Shown: in pieces, positions 29,050 through 37,851 of the stretch
Layout: each line of letters starts with the position of its first letter
Numbering within the stretch: the stretch's first letter is position 1
DNA from: an uncultured archaeon
GTDB taxonomy: Archaea > Asgardarchaeota > Lokiarchaeia > Sigyniarchaeales > SOKP01
Direction of reading: 5' to 3'
DNA: 64,000 nt
Assembly: GCA_964486045.1 (NCBI GenBank)
Contig: CAZALK010000004.1
Coordinates: forward strand, 96,001-160,000
Program-made: the position numbers and the translations under genes
The notes under the pieces: model-generated
The model's input: only the letters and a program-made list of their open reading frames with translations
Database searches by the model: none
What the model was told of the DNA's origin: nothing

Positions 29050-29772
29050 TCAATCAAAATGATTTGAAATATGAATTGCGATCAAAGTAACGAGTGCTTT
29101 TGAAACTAAAATCTCCTTCTTATTTAGTATAACATATATCTCAGATTCAGAAACTATTATTTTCTTTCCTCCGCTAAGCACTTTAGACTTACAAATAATT
29201 TCACTACCTTTTGCAGGTTTAAAATAATTTATTTTAAATTCAACAGTGAGAATCCGCAAATTTTCGGGTATAGTCGTGTAAGCAGAGTAGCCTGCTGTAT
29301 GATCAGCCATTGTAGCTATTACACCTGCATGAACAAACCCATCTTGTTGTTTATGTTCTGGACGAATTATAAGACGAGATTCAAATACTCTTTTATCCAC
29401 TTTATCAACAATAAATCCACAATAAGCCGGAAATCCTTGAACATAATATTTTTTTAAGAAAGTAACCCGATTCTTAAGAGCAGGATATAAACCGAGAGAT
29501 ATGATACCAACAAGCCCTATGATAGCGATATCCAAGAGATTAAACACGTAAATAGATTCTCCGTTGAACCCGGCATTCATTTTAAATAGTTTAACAAGCC
29601 AATTGTTTGCAATCCAGCCGACAATAGTATCCGGTCGAAGATCTCCAAAAAGACCAACGATTCCCATTAGGAATAATATAAATACAAGTAGAGAAGCTGC
29701 TCCAGCAACCTTATAAAGTGTTTTCCTGACAGTATTTATAGTTTCCGCGCTTGATTCATTCATACGCTTCAA
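29050..29772 (-). CDS. PaaI/hotdog thioesterase with an N-terminal membrane segment (possible chimera)
   Basis: HKQQDGFVHAGVIATMADHTAG and LTVEFKINYFKPA; first 100 aa hydrophobic and unrelated. Confidence 0.8.
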   Translation of the reverse strand: MKRMNESSAETINTVRKTLYKVAGAASLLVFILFLMGIVGLFGDLRPDTIVGWIANNWLVKLFKMNAGFNGESIYVFNLLDIAIIGLVGIISLGLYPALKNRVTFLKKYYVQGFPAYCGFIVDKVDKRVFESRLIIRPEHKQQDGFVHAGVIATMADHTAGYSAYTTIPENLRILTVEFKINYFKPAKGSEIICKSKVLSGGKKIIVSESEIYVILNKKEILVSKALVTLIAIHISNHFD

Positions 29773-30114
29773 TCACCATATTTTACTTCCACTCTAATAT
29801 TAAATTACATCTTACTTTTTTAATTAATGTTTTTAGCGACCATATAAATAACCAAAAGGCATAAGTCAATATCACTTCAAAAAAATCTACTTTAGGCAGT
29901 TTATATTAGCTCTAGATAAATAATTGAAATTAAAATCTTGATAAATATAAAAGATTTTAACTCACAATAATTTTAAACTAAAAAGTTTAAATGTTCTTAT
30001 TTACCATTTTTTTTATTACACTGTTAAATTTTTATTAAAAATTTGGAATTCGTATTAAGAAAAACGTCTTTTAATTCAGGATAGACATTAGAATATTTTA
30101 AAATAGGTGAAAAA

Positions 30115-30321
30115 ATGACAATAATATGTAGAATATGTGAAAAAGATAAAAAAAAAAGAAAAGTTATAAAAAGAATGCCATACGTGGAGAACGAATTGCC
30201 AGAGAAATACAGTGATTACCGGGAATACATATGTATGAACGTTATTAAGGAACTTCGTAAAGATAAGAAATGGTATGATAATGTCTGTGAGAATCGGATG
30301 TTAGTAAAAAAAAAGAAGTGA
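30115..30321 (+). CDS. Small basic Cys-containing hypothetical protein
   Basis: GGTGA SD before ATG; CRIC...C...C, possible Zn site. Confidence 0.55.
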   Translation: MTIICRICEKDKKKRKVIKRMPYVENELPEKYSDYREYICMNVIKELRKDKKWYDNVCENRMLVKKKK

Positions 30322-30327
30322 AAAAAT

Positions 30328-30993
30328 TTAATGATGTCGACCATTTTTCTTCCAAATCGTTTCGGTCTCATTAGAATTTTTGACTATTAAACCTTTATGG
30401 ACGAATTCTTTTAATTTGAGCTTAAGATATTTAATATCTGCTTCTTTAGTTAATTCTAATTTATATAAGAGTTCACGAAAATTTTGTCCGTTTCGAGTGA
30501 GGGCACCCAAGATATCATCACCTTTTACTTTAAAACCGTATCCGTCAGGTATAACTAATTTTTTTGACTGTTTCTTCTCCTCAGGTTTTTCTTTTACCCT
30601 TAGATCGAACGTGAATTTACACTTAGGATACCCCCTACACCCATAGAACCTACCATAAGTTCCAGTTCGCTCTTTCATGATTTTCCCACATTTTGGACAG
30701 GAAATATTATATGGATCCTTAAAATTATGTGAATAATTACAGTTAGGATAACCCTTACACCCAAGAAAGATACCATATTTTCCAATATATAATGCTAATT
30801 TTTTACTGCATTTTGGGCATGATGAGGGTGTGTTTAAGCCATTCTGTTTTTTCTCAGGTACATTTTTATTAGAGAATTCCTCTGTATACTTACATTTTGG
30901 ATAATCCATACAATCTAGATAAGTCCCATAAGTCCCTTTTCTTATCTCTAATGGCTTACCGCACCTTGGGCAAGTTTTTGGGATGTCAGCCAT
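30328..30993 (-). CDS. Stand-alone topoisomerase-type C4 Zn-ribbon protein (3 repeats) with C-terminal wHTH-like domain
   Basis: Three CPxCG...G.YG.F.GC.GYPxC repeats; C-terminal LKLKEFVHKGLI. Confidence 0.85.
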   Translation of the reverse strand: MADIPKTCPRCGKPLEIRKGTYGTYLDCMDYPKCKYTEEFSNKNVPEKKQNGLNTPSSCPKCSKKLALYIGKYGIFLGCKGYPNCNYSHNFKDPYNISCPKCGKIMKERTGTYGRFYGCRGYPKCKFTFDLRVKEKPEEKKQSKKLVIPDGYGFKVKGDDILGALTRNGQNFRELLYKLELTKEADIKYLKLKLKEFVHKGLIVKNSNETETIWKKNGRHH

Positions 30994-31177
30994 AATTGAT
31001 TTTATTTATATTTTTTGGAAATAAAACACGGATCCTAACCTTAGGTATAAATAATTCCAATTAACCACAATTAAAAAATTTAGAGAATTAATATATTATT
31101 TTTAAAACTTATATATAAAACTGAAAAGTGAATTATGATTAGAAAAAATTAATATACAACTTTATCTGATCAAATTT

Positions 31178-32461
31178 TTACTTTTTTCTATTAGTTGGGG
31201 AATATTTTAAGGTGTTTTTTAAAAAAAGCTTATAATTTTTGGTTAAATTTCTTTTAAAATAAGGATTTTTTCCAGTATCTTTCATATATTTTTTATACAT
31301 TCTGTCTTTCCATTTTATAAAATTCTGAGTCTCTAACTCTTTCCATATAGCATTCTTACCCATTATTATTTCAAAAACATATTGTTCTGAGATTTCTTTT
31401 TGATCTTTACTTAAATTTATCTTTTTCTTTTCAGTTGTTTTTTTCGGTTTTTTTTCTTTAATCACAATGTTCTTGGGAAGGGATTTTAAATATTGTGCAA
31501 ATTTATTTGTAGGTTTGCCTCTATAATGAGTAATATTCCCGGTTTCTAAGCGATATTTATTTACTACTTTTGCTTTCCATTTCTGAAAAACTTTTGTTTC
31601 GGATCCATTCCACATTGCATTCTTGCCTGTTAATGTTTTAAAAATATCATGTTCTGAGAATTCTTTTTCGACTTTTTTAGAGCTTCGAGGTTTTAGTGTT
31701 TTTTCAATTATTTTTTTGGGCTTTTTTTTTTCAACTTTTTTGTTATTGAGAAGAAATTTCAAATACAGGGAAAATTTAGTTGTAGGTTTTCCTTTATAAT
31801 GAGTAATATTCCCCGTATCTATACGATATTTATTAGTTGTTCTAGCTTTCCATTTCTGAAAGGTATTAGTTTCGGATTCATTCCAAATAGCTTTTTTATT
31901 CGTTAATTTTTCAAAAACGAAAGCTTCAATATTTTCTAGTTTGACATCTTTTATATCCACCAATTTCTTTTTTGGGACTTCTTTTTGTTGTTTTGATACT
32001 GGTTTTGTTTTTTTGTTAATGATTTTTAAGATTTCAGAACAATTAATTTTCTTACTATTACCAATCGTAAAAAAGGGCTCATTTAATGCATCCAAATTGA
32101 CAGAAAAATCAAAAGCTTGGTGATCGACTAAACCTGGACCTAAATATTTCGCTATAACGATAATAGTGCCATTATTTTGAGAAATGTCAATATGATTGTT
32201 TGCTGAGGTGGTTGCTTGATATATGGAGAGATGGGTGAAATCTTTTATCTTATTAATTTCATTTATATCTTGTTTATTTTTTATAATCTGGTCATGTTTA
32301 GACTTTTTTTTTCCATTAAATAAGGCATCGAGAGCGATTAATCGGTATTCCGCATCCTTTTTCAACGTATTTGAAATAATAAATTTAATAAATTTCTTTA
32401 TTTGATTCCATTTTGATTTTTTAGTTATTCCAATAATCTCTCTGAGAGTTTCTTCGGACAT
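31178..32461 (-). CDS. Very basic hypothetical protein with three internal repeats
   Basis: Three units of F..LTGKNAIW..SET..FQKWK...KY..(D/E)TG..THY.GKPT.KF..YLK, separated by Lys-rich linkers. Confidence 0.8.
   Translation of the reverse strand: MSEETLREIIGITKKSKWNQIKKFIKFIISNTLKKDAEYRLIALDALFNGKKKSKHDQIIKNKQDINEINKIKDFTHLSIYQATTSANNHIDISQNNGTIIVIAKYLGPGLVDHQAFDFSVNLDALNEPFFTIGNSKKINCSEILKIINKKTKPVSKQQKEVPKKKLVDIKDVKLENIEAFVFEKLTNKKAIWNESETNTFQKWKARTTNKYRIDTGNITHYKGKPTTKFSLYLKFLLNNKKVEKKKPKKIIEKTLKPRSSKKVEKEFSEHDIFKTLTGKNAMWNGSETKVFQKWKAKVVNKYRLETGNITHYRGKPTNKFAQYLKSLPKNIVIKEKKPKKTTEKKKINLSKDQKEISEQYVFEIIMGKNAIWKELETQNFIKWKDRMYKKYMKDTGKNPYFKRNLTKNYKLFLKNTLKYSPTNRKK
31215..31930 (-). repeat. 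Intragenic direct repeats (3 units, about 273 nt period; outer limits approximate)
   Basis: TATAATGAGTAATATTCCC is identical at 31522-31540 and 31795-31813; protein repeats are evident. Confidence 0.8.
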
Positions 32462-32699
32462 AAAATATTCATCTTAATGGCAACTCTAAGTTACCTCAAC
32501 ACTTCCAAAAAATAAATAGAAAATTGGCTTAATATGTTTTTATTTTTAAATAATGTTATATATTTAAAAATTATAATTCCAGGCCTGCTTATCGGAGACG
32601 AATTTATACGGGATAATTAATCTAAATACGGAGAATTGGGCTTAAATATTACTGTAAGCAAAAATATGAACCCAATTGTTTATCTCTCTCTTTTTATCC

Positions 32700-33227
32700 T
32701 TATTTCTTAACCATACGTCGTGTAAGGTCAAGAAAAGCTTTTTCAACATTTTCTCCAGTTTTTGCTGAGGTTTCGAAATAAGAGCATTTTTCATTATGAG
32801 AATATTTTTCTATAGTACTCCGATCTATAATCTGACCTATTTGTTCCATTAAATCGCTTTTATTTCCTATAATTACTTTTGGTATTTCTTGTGCCATAAT
32901 ACTACGCATCTCTGAAAGCCAAGATTTCATTCCTGAAAATGTATTTTGTCTTGAGAGATCAAATACAAGTAATGCGCCTGATGCACCTTCATAAAAGCCG
33001 CGATGTAGAAATTTAAATCTTTCTTGACCACCAATATCCCATATATGGAGTTTAATAAATTTAGACGGTTGAAATTCCAAATTTTTAGTTAAAAAATCAG
33101 CACCAATCGTCAATTTATATTTCAAAGCAAATTCCTTATGTACAAACCTGTTTAGTAGACTAGTTTTACCAACCGCACTTGGTCCGACAATTATGACTTT
33201 AAAAGACAAATCTACATTATCATTCAT
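32700..33227 (-). CDS. Rab-like small GTPase (eukaryotic signature protein)
   Basis: GPSAVGKTS, TIGADF, KLHIWDIGGQERF, FYEGA, LVFDLS, NKSD and ETSAK; no C-terminal Cys. Confidence 0.95.
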   Translation of the reverse strand: MNDNVDLSFKVIIVGPSAVGKTSLLNRFVHKEFALKYKLTIGADFLTKNLEFQPSKFIKLHIWDIGGQERFKFLHRGFYEGASGALLVFDLSRQNTFSGMKSWLSEMRSIMAQEIPKVIIGNKSDLMEQIGQIIDRSTIEKYSHNEKCSYFETSAKTGENVEKAFLDLTRRMVKK

Positions 33228-33467
33228 TTTATCGTTAAATCTATAATCATTTATTATCTTATTAAATTTAATCTAGAGGTTAGTTCTTTATCTGATTAAT
33301 TTTATAAATCTTTATCAACTAATTCGTTTATAAGATTTTACAACCAATCCAAAACGATAAAAAAACTGTTTTTTAGTTTAACAAATATTATTAAACTTCT
33401 TTAACCATAATTATATCAAAATTATATCAAAAAAAAATAAACTCTATTCAAAAAAACAGTTTAAAAT

Positions 33468-34367
33468 TTGCCGAATCCTAATCCCGAGAAGGAGTCAATT
33501 CGCTATGCAACGCGTGATGGAGAGAACAAGTTAATTCCCCCATTTCCTGTTGATCCTTGGGAATTGACTAAGCAAACACGTAAGGTTGTTTGTAAAGAAG
33601 TCAATGGTATAGTTCACCGGAAATATACCGATTTTTACGCTGTGGGTGTTTATGGAGGAATTGCTACAGCATATTCTGTCGGATGCAACTTTAGGTGTAT
33701 ATTTTGCTGGGTGGATTGGAGTCGTGACTGGCCGGAGCTCTATGGAGACTTTTACTCACCTGATATGGTTTACTCAAAATTACGGCAGGTAATGTCAGGT
33801 AAAGGTTTGAGAAGAGCTAGGATAAGTGGTGCTGAACCTACTCTATGCCCGGATCATCTCTGTGGAGTCCTAGAACTAGTTCACCAAGAATCTGATGCCT
33901 TTGACCTTTTTGTGATTGAAACAAATGGCGTTGTTCTCGCGCATGATGAGAACTTAGCAACACGTCTTGCTAAATATGCTTCTCGAAATTCAGGCGATGG
34001 GACTGTTGGTCATGTGCGTTTGTCAATAAGGGGGGGATTACCTGAATCATTTGAAGAAAAAACAGGAAATGAAAAAGATTTCGTGGATCTCCCGTTTAAA
34101 GCTGCTAGGAGACTTTGGGATGCAGGTGTATCATTCCACGTTGCTGTGGTGGTCGATCCGCGATTTACATCTGAGGAAGATAAAGCAACAATCTATAGAA
34201 AGCTAAAAAATATTGATCCAATGTTGAAAAAAGAAGTGGAAGAAGAATTTTTATCTCCCTATCCTCATGCTCTTGTGAGACTTAGAGCTGTAGGTCGAAC
34301 AGACGTGACAGGGAAGGAAATGAAATTAAAGGAACGCGCAGCACTAGGCGGAAAACCTCCTAATTAA
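33468..34367 (+). CDS. Radical SAM protein (archaeal-type, function unknown)
   Basis: YGGIATA..VGCNFRCIFCW (CxxxCxxC), RISGAEPT and IETNG; elevated GC. Confidence 0.88.
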   Translation: MPNPNPEKESIRYATRDGENKLIPPFPVDPWELTKQTRKVVCKEVNGIVHRKYTDFYAVGVYGGIATAYSVGCNFRCIFCWVDWSRDWPELYGDFYSPDMVYSKLRQVMSGKGLRRARISGAEPTLCPDHLCGVLELVHQESDAFDLFVIETNGVVLAHDENLATRLAKYASRNSGDGTVGHVRLSIRGGLPESFEEKTGNEKDFVDLPFKAARRLWDAGVSFHVAVVVDPRFTSEEDKATIYRKLKNIDPMLKKEVEEEFLSPYPHALVRLRAVGRTDVTGKEMKLKERAALGGKPPN

Positions 34368-34508
34368 GAAAATTGGAATAGTTAACTAAAAGTTTTAGTG
34401 ATATCCCTATTTGACTCAATTAGTTAAAAAATCTTAAATATAAAGTAATTAAAATACGAGAAAAAAGTTTTCCTTATAAGACAAATATTTGATATTCCCT
34501 AAAATTTA

Positions 34509-34676
34509 TCATATAAGGTTTTTCTGCTTCTTTAAAAATTGAATTGTGCGAAATAAATGTAATTCAAAAAGCATTTCATCTTGAGGAAATTCATCCCGTA
34601 ATTCCTGAATTAAATCTTCTTTTTCTTTTTCTGTCAAATTTAATTCTTCTAAAAGATTTTCTATATCATATAACAT
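34509..34676 (-). CDS. Small helical protein, probable partner/antitoxin of the upstream PIN fragment
   Basis: 55 aa ending FPQDEMLFELHLFR; starts 10 nt after the PIN stop. Confidence 0.6.
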   Translation of the reverse strand: MLYDIENLLEELNLTEKEKEDLIQELRDEFPQDEMLFELHLFRTIQFLKKQKNLI

Positions 34677-34686
34677 ATTATATCCT

Positions 34687-35031
34687 CTATAATTCTGGTG
34701 GGGCAAGAATCTCTATGGCTTTATACCCTTCTTTTAAATTAATCAAATTGACTCCGATACGAGTTTTCCTTTTAACTAGATGTTTAAAATTCCAGCTAAT
34801 TAATATATCTAATGAATAAACTGAAGTTAGGGCGATTAATAATGCATCATTCTCATATTTTTCTGGAATTAAACTCTCATAGATATATCTCTTTGTTAAA
34901 TTACTAACTTCTTTACTTATTTCAATCTTCTGACCTTTCATTAATAGAGCCTTCAGTTTTTCTTTTAGCTTTTCATTAGATATAGCGTCAATTTCCTCGT
35001 TAAGCTTCAAATTTGAAAGTTCATATTTTCC
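34687..35031 (-). pseudogene. 5'-truncated PIN-domain toxin
   Basis: DALLIA..LDILISWNFKHLV..N..N..GY..IEI..P.EL C-terminal PIN pattern; in-frame TGA upstream, no N-terminal xDT strand. Confidence 0.7.
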
Positions 35032-35159
35032 TCAATCTTCAAAAGATACTAAACAATTGAGACTTAAATATTTTAACTGAATTCAAACTAAAATAAGAAT
35101 ATAAGTTTTATTTAGCTTTTTCGGTTTAACGAGTTTATATCTATTTATGAATTACAGTT

Positions 35160-35180
35160 AAAAAAAAAAAAAAAAAAAAA
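35160..35180 (-). terminator. T21 tract, probable archaeal-type terminator
   Basis: A21 on the + strand, starting 20 nt downstream of the stop of 35200-35523 (-). Confidence 0.5.
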
Positions 35181-35199
35181 TCTTCTTAGTCATTAGATT

Positions 35200-35523
35200 T
35201 TATTCTGCTACCCGACGGAGCATCATTTCCAGCTTTCCATTTGATCTTTTCGTACCTATAACGAATTGCTTAGGTTTTCCTGTTTGGACAGGATAATTTA
35301 CATAAATATCGATGGGAAACTTATGCTTTTGAGCTTTTTGCAGATTATCTTCACTCGGAATTAAAGTTCTTTCCGTGAGTGTGATATAATATACACTTGT
35401 ACTGCTATTACACTTAGGGCACCCGGGAATAAATTTAGAACTTATAAAAATAACAGGATCCTCAAACTTTGGAAGATTTTTTTTGAGAAACTCGCGCATC
35501 TCTCCCATTGCAATTACTTCCAT
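35200..35523 (-). CDS. Hypothetical protein with CxxC
   Basis: 107-aa ORF containing GCPKC, co-oriented behind the nitroreductase. Confidence 0.6.
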   Translation of the reverse strand: MEVIAMGEMREFLKKNLPKFEDPVIFISSKFIPGCPKCNSSTSVYYITLTERTLIPSEDNLQKAQKHKFPIDIYVNYPVQTGKPKQFVIGTKRSNGKLEMMLRRVAE

Positions 35524-35566
35524 ATTAGAAGATAAATTAAATTGTACTATTTAACTTGTTCATTTT

Positions 35567-36310
35567 TCATCTACTTTTACCAACTATACCCATGTATATG
35601 GTAAACTCTTCATTTTCATCTAAATCTAATAATTCGTTTATTTCATTATCATAATACCTTCCTATAACACACGCATTTAACCCTAAAGCCTCGGTAGCTA
35701 AATACATATTTTGGCCAATATGACCAGCATCTAAGTAAATATATCGATAGCTGCGCTCCCCATATGTAATCCTTGTCCGTTCAATCATCGCGGTCAAGAC
35801 TAAAATTACTGCTGATTTAGCTACCATTCTCTGGCCATAACTAGCATCAGTAAATGACTTTCCAAAGTCTCCTCCATGCAATAATTCCAGTTCGTGTTTT
35901 TTGATATCGTAATGATAAATTCCTTTCTCTACTTCATTAACCTTATTGATTATAGGGTAGATTTCTATAGGAAATTTTGCTCCTGCGGAAGGTACAGTCC
36001 GAAAAGCAAAATTAGGAAATTTCCTTGTAAGACCAGACATCCCGAATAAAAGCGAACTTAAATCCATCTTTGATATCGGTTTAATACTAAAAACCCTTGA
36101 AGTATGCCTCTTACTTACAATATCCCAAAACTGTGTATCTGGTGAAAATTCTGGTTTCGGAAGCTGGACTCTTGGCGAATCTTCCTCGTATCTTTTATAT
36201 AATTCTGGTGTTTGCTTACCTGTTGGATTTGAGGATCTATCTATACCCCGAATATTTTTTGACTTTTGCTGGAATATTTCTCCATTTAATCTTTTTTTCT
36301 CATTAATCAT
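35567..36310 (-). CDS. SagB/ThcOx-family nitroreductase-like dehydrogenase
   Basis: RxTSRxF, FRTVPSAGAKFPIE, YGERSYRYIYLDAGHIGQN motifs. Confidence 0.92.
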   Translation of the reverse strand: MINEKKRLNGEIFQQKSKNIRGIDRSSNPTGKQTPELYKRYEEDSPRVQLPKPEFSPDTQFWDIVSKRHTSRVFSIKPISKMDLSSLLFGMSGLTRKFPNFAFRTVPSAGAKFPIEIYPIINKVNEVEKGIYHYDIKKHELELLHGGDFGKSFTDASYGQRMVAKSAVILVLTAMIERTRITYGERSYRYIYLDAGHIGQNMYLATEALGLNACVIGRYYDNEINELLDLDENEEFTIYMGIVGKSR

Positions 36311-36480
36311 AGTTAAAACTTTACCCCTAAACTTTATAAAGTTAATTATAGATGTAATTCAGGAAATAAATATTTCTACTGGTAGTACTATGGATTTGAC
36401 TCGTAAAAATTGTCCAAATTGGTTTAAATATCACAGAAAGAGGTAATCTCTTATATCTATTTTATTGATAAAATTGATAA

Positions 36481-36813
36481 TTCGCATTTATTTATGAGAC
36501 AAAGGGTGTAGACATTAAATCAATAGAGACAGCTGATGAAGCTTTATACATCCTCAAAACCTTGACTCCTAGAGTAATATTACTTGATATTAACTTAAAG
36601 ACTAGCAGAATAAGTGGTGACAAATTATGCCAAATGCTAAAATCGAGCCCTCAATACAACTTAATTCCAATAATTCTAATATCTGCTATTTTTTCAGAAA
36701 AAGAAAAGGAGGAAATTTTGACAAGGACAGGAGCAGATGATATTATTTTTAAACCCATTGACGAATTGAAAGACTTAGATGTTCTATTTAAATATCTAAA
36801 GCAGCAATATTGA
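36481..36813 (+). pseudogene. 5'-truncated response-regulator receiver domain
   Basis: PRVILLDINL..SG..LC..LK, IPIILISA and GADDIIFKP; frame closed by stops just before 36481, so the first acidic strand is missing. Confidence 0.7.
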
Positions 36814-37126
36814 AAAGAGAAATCGATTTTTTTAATTCTTTAATTTTTTTTTTTTTAAAAATACTCAGTCCTTAACAATTTACCTAAATAACTTATATAT
36901 ATTCTAAAAATCAAAATAATAATAAATCTTGTTCTATTTAAAGTGAAATATAGTAGAAGTTACTCATTGGAAGTATTTTGAGCTTAGTTGGAGGATCTTA
37001 ACACGGGAATAAATGAAGTTAAATATGTTAAAGTCTGTTGTAAATCAGGTATTGAGAGAGTCATCAGGTGATTCATAAGGATATATAATTGATCCATTTT
37101 ATCATTATACACCCGAAACCGAAATT

Positions 37127-37348
37127 ATGATAGATCTAAAGTCGGGTACTTTTACTCCAGAATTGGAAGGAGATGATGTTGAAAGGTATTACAAATCTAT
37201 TATTGATTGGTTTCATAAAGTGCCCCCAAAAGAAGGGATTTCAATTGAGATAATTGATAAAGCTATTTTAAAGATAAGTCCTCAAGGTAAGGAATGTATT
37301 ATTGAAGCTCAAGGACGAAAATTTACTTCTTTTATAAAATTTAAATAA
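37127..37348 (+). CDS. Small hypothetical protein or gene fragment
   Basis: 73-aa ATG ORF in a decayed region. Confidence 0.4.
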   Translation: MIDLKSGTFTPELEGDDVERYYKSIIDWFHKVPPKEGISIEIIDKAILKISPQGKECIIEAQGRKFTSFIKFK

Positions 37349-37376
37349 TTAAACAAAATTTGCATATTAATCTATT

Positions 37377-37675
37377 ATGATTGATGATGTAGCTTTATCA
37401 TTGAAAAAAGCTTACGAGAAAGGAGAAAATATAACTCAAAAAGAAGCTCAGAAAATGCTTGAGCAATTACATCTAGGAGTTTTCTATATTGTTGTAAGGA
37501 CCACCTGGTGCAATCAAAAAACCATTGAACTGCGAAATTGTATTTTCAGTAATATCTTGTGTAAATATCCAAAATGAATCTAAATCACACTGAAGCAGAT
37601 CTTTTGAATGTAAATACCCTTATTCGTAGCCAGGTGTGTTTCAGATTTCGAATTCAAGTCACCGATATTGGCTAG
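37377..37675 (+). pseudogene. Possible degraded V4R/ATC-hydrolase-like gene
   Basis: IELRNCIF..LC in one frame, continuing as NTLIRSQVCFRFRIQV in another frame to TAG at 37675. Confidence 0.3.
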
Positions 37676-37851
37676 TTTCATTGTCATAATTATATAGATA
37701 AATTATAACATCTATGCTTCATAGATAAATTTTTGAATATAAATTGCTATATTATGAACTCACGTTTCCATTTTTTAATCGATAGCTTAAAGAAAGCTAG
37801 TATATAATCAAAGGGATATTTTTTAAATTAAACACCATTTCTCTTAGTAGA

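Noticed and set aside
35160-35180. A21 run as a retro-element tail or phase-variation tract
   Set aside because: Intergenic, no target-site duplication seen, and positioned as a T-tract terminator; length may be a sequencing artefact
33468-36310. Radical SAM + SagB as a RiPP cluster, or the radical SAM as a sulfatase maturase
   Set aside because: No YcaO, precursor peptide or SPASM cysteines; the genes are on opposite strands; stand-alone SagB-like proteins are common
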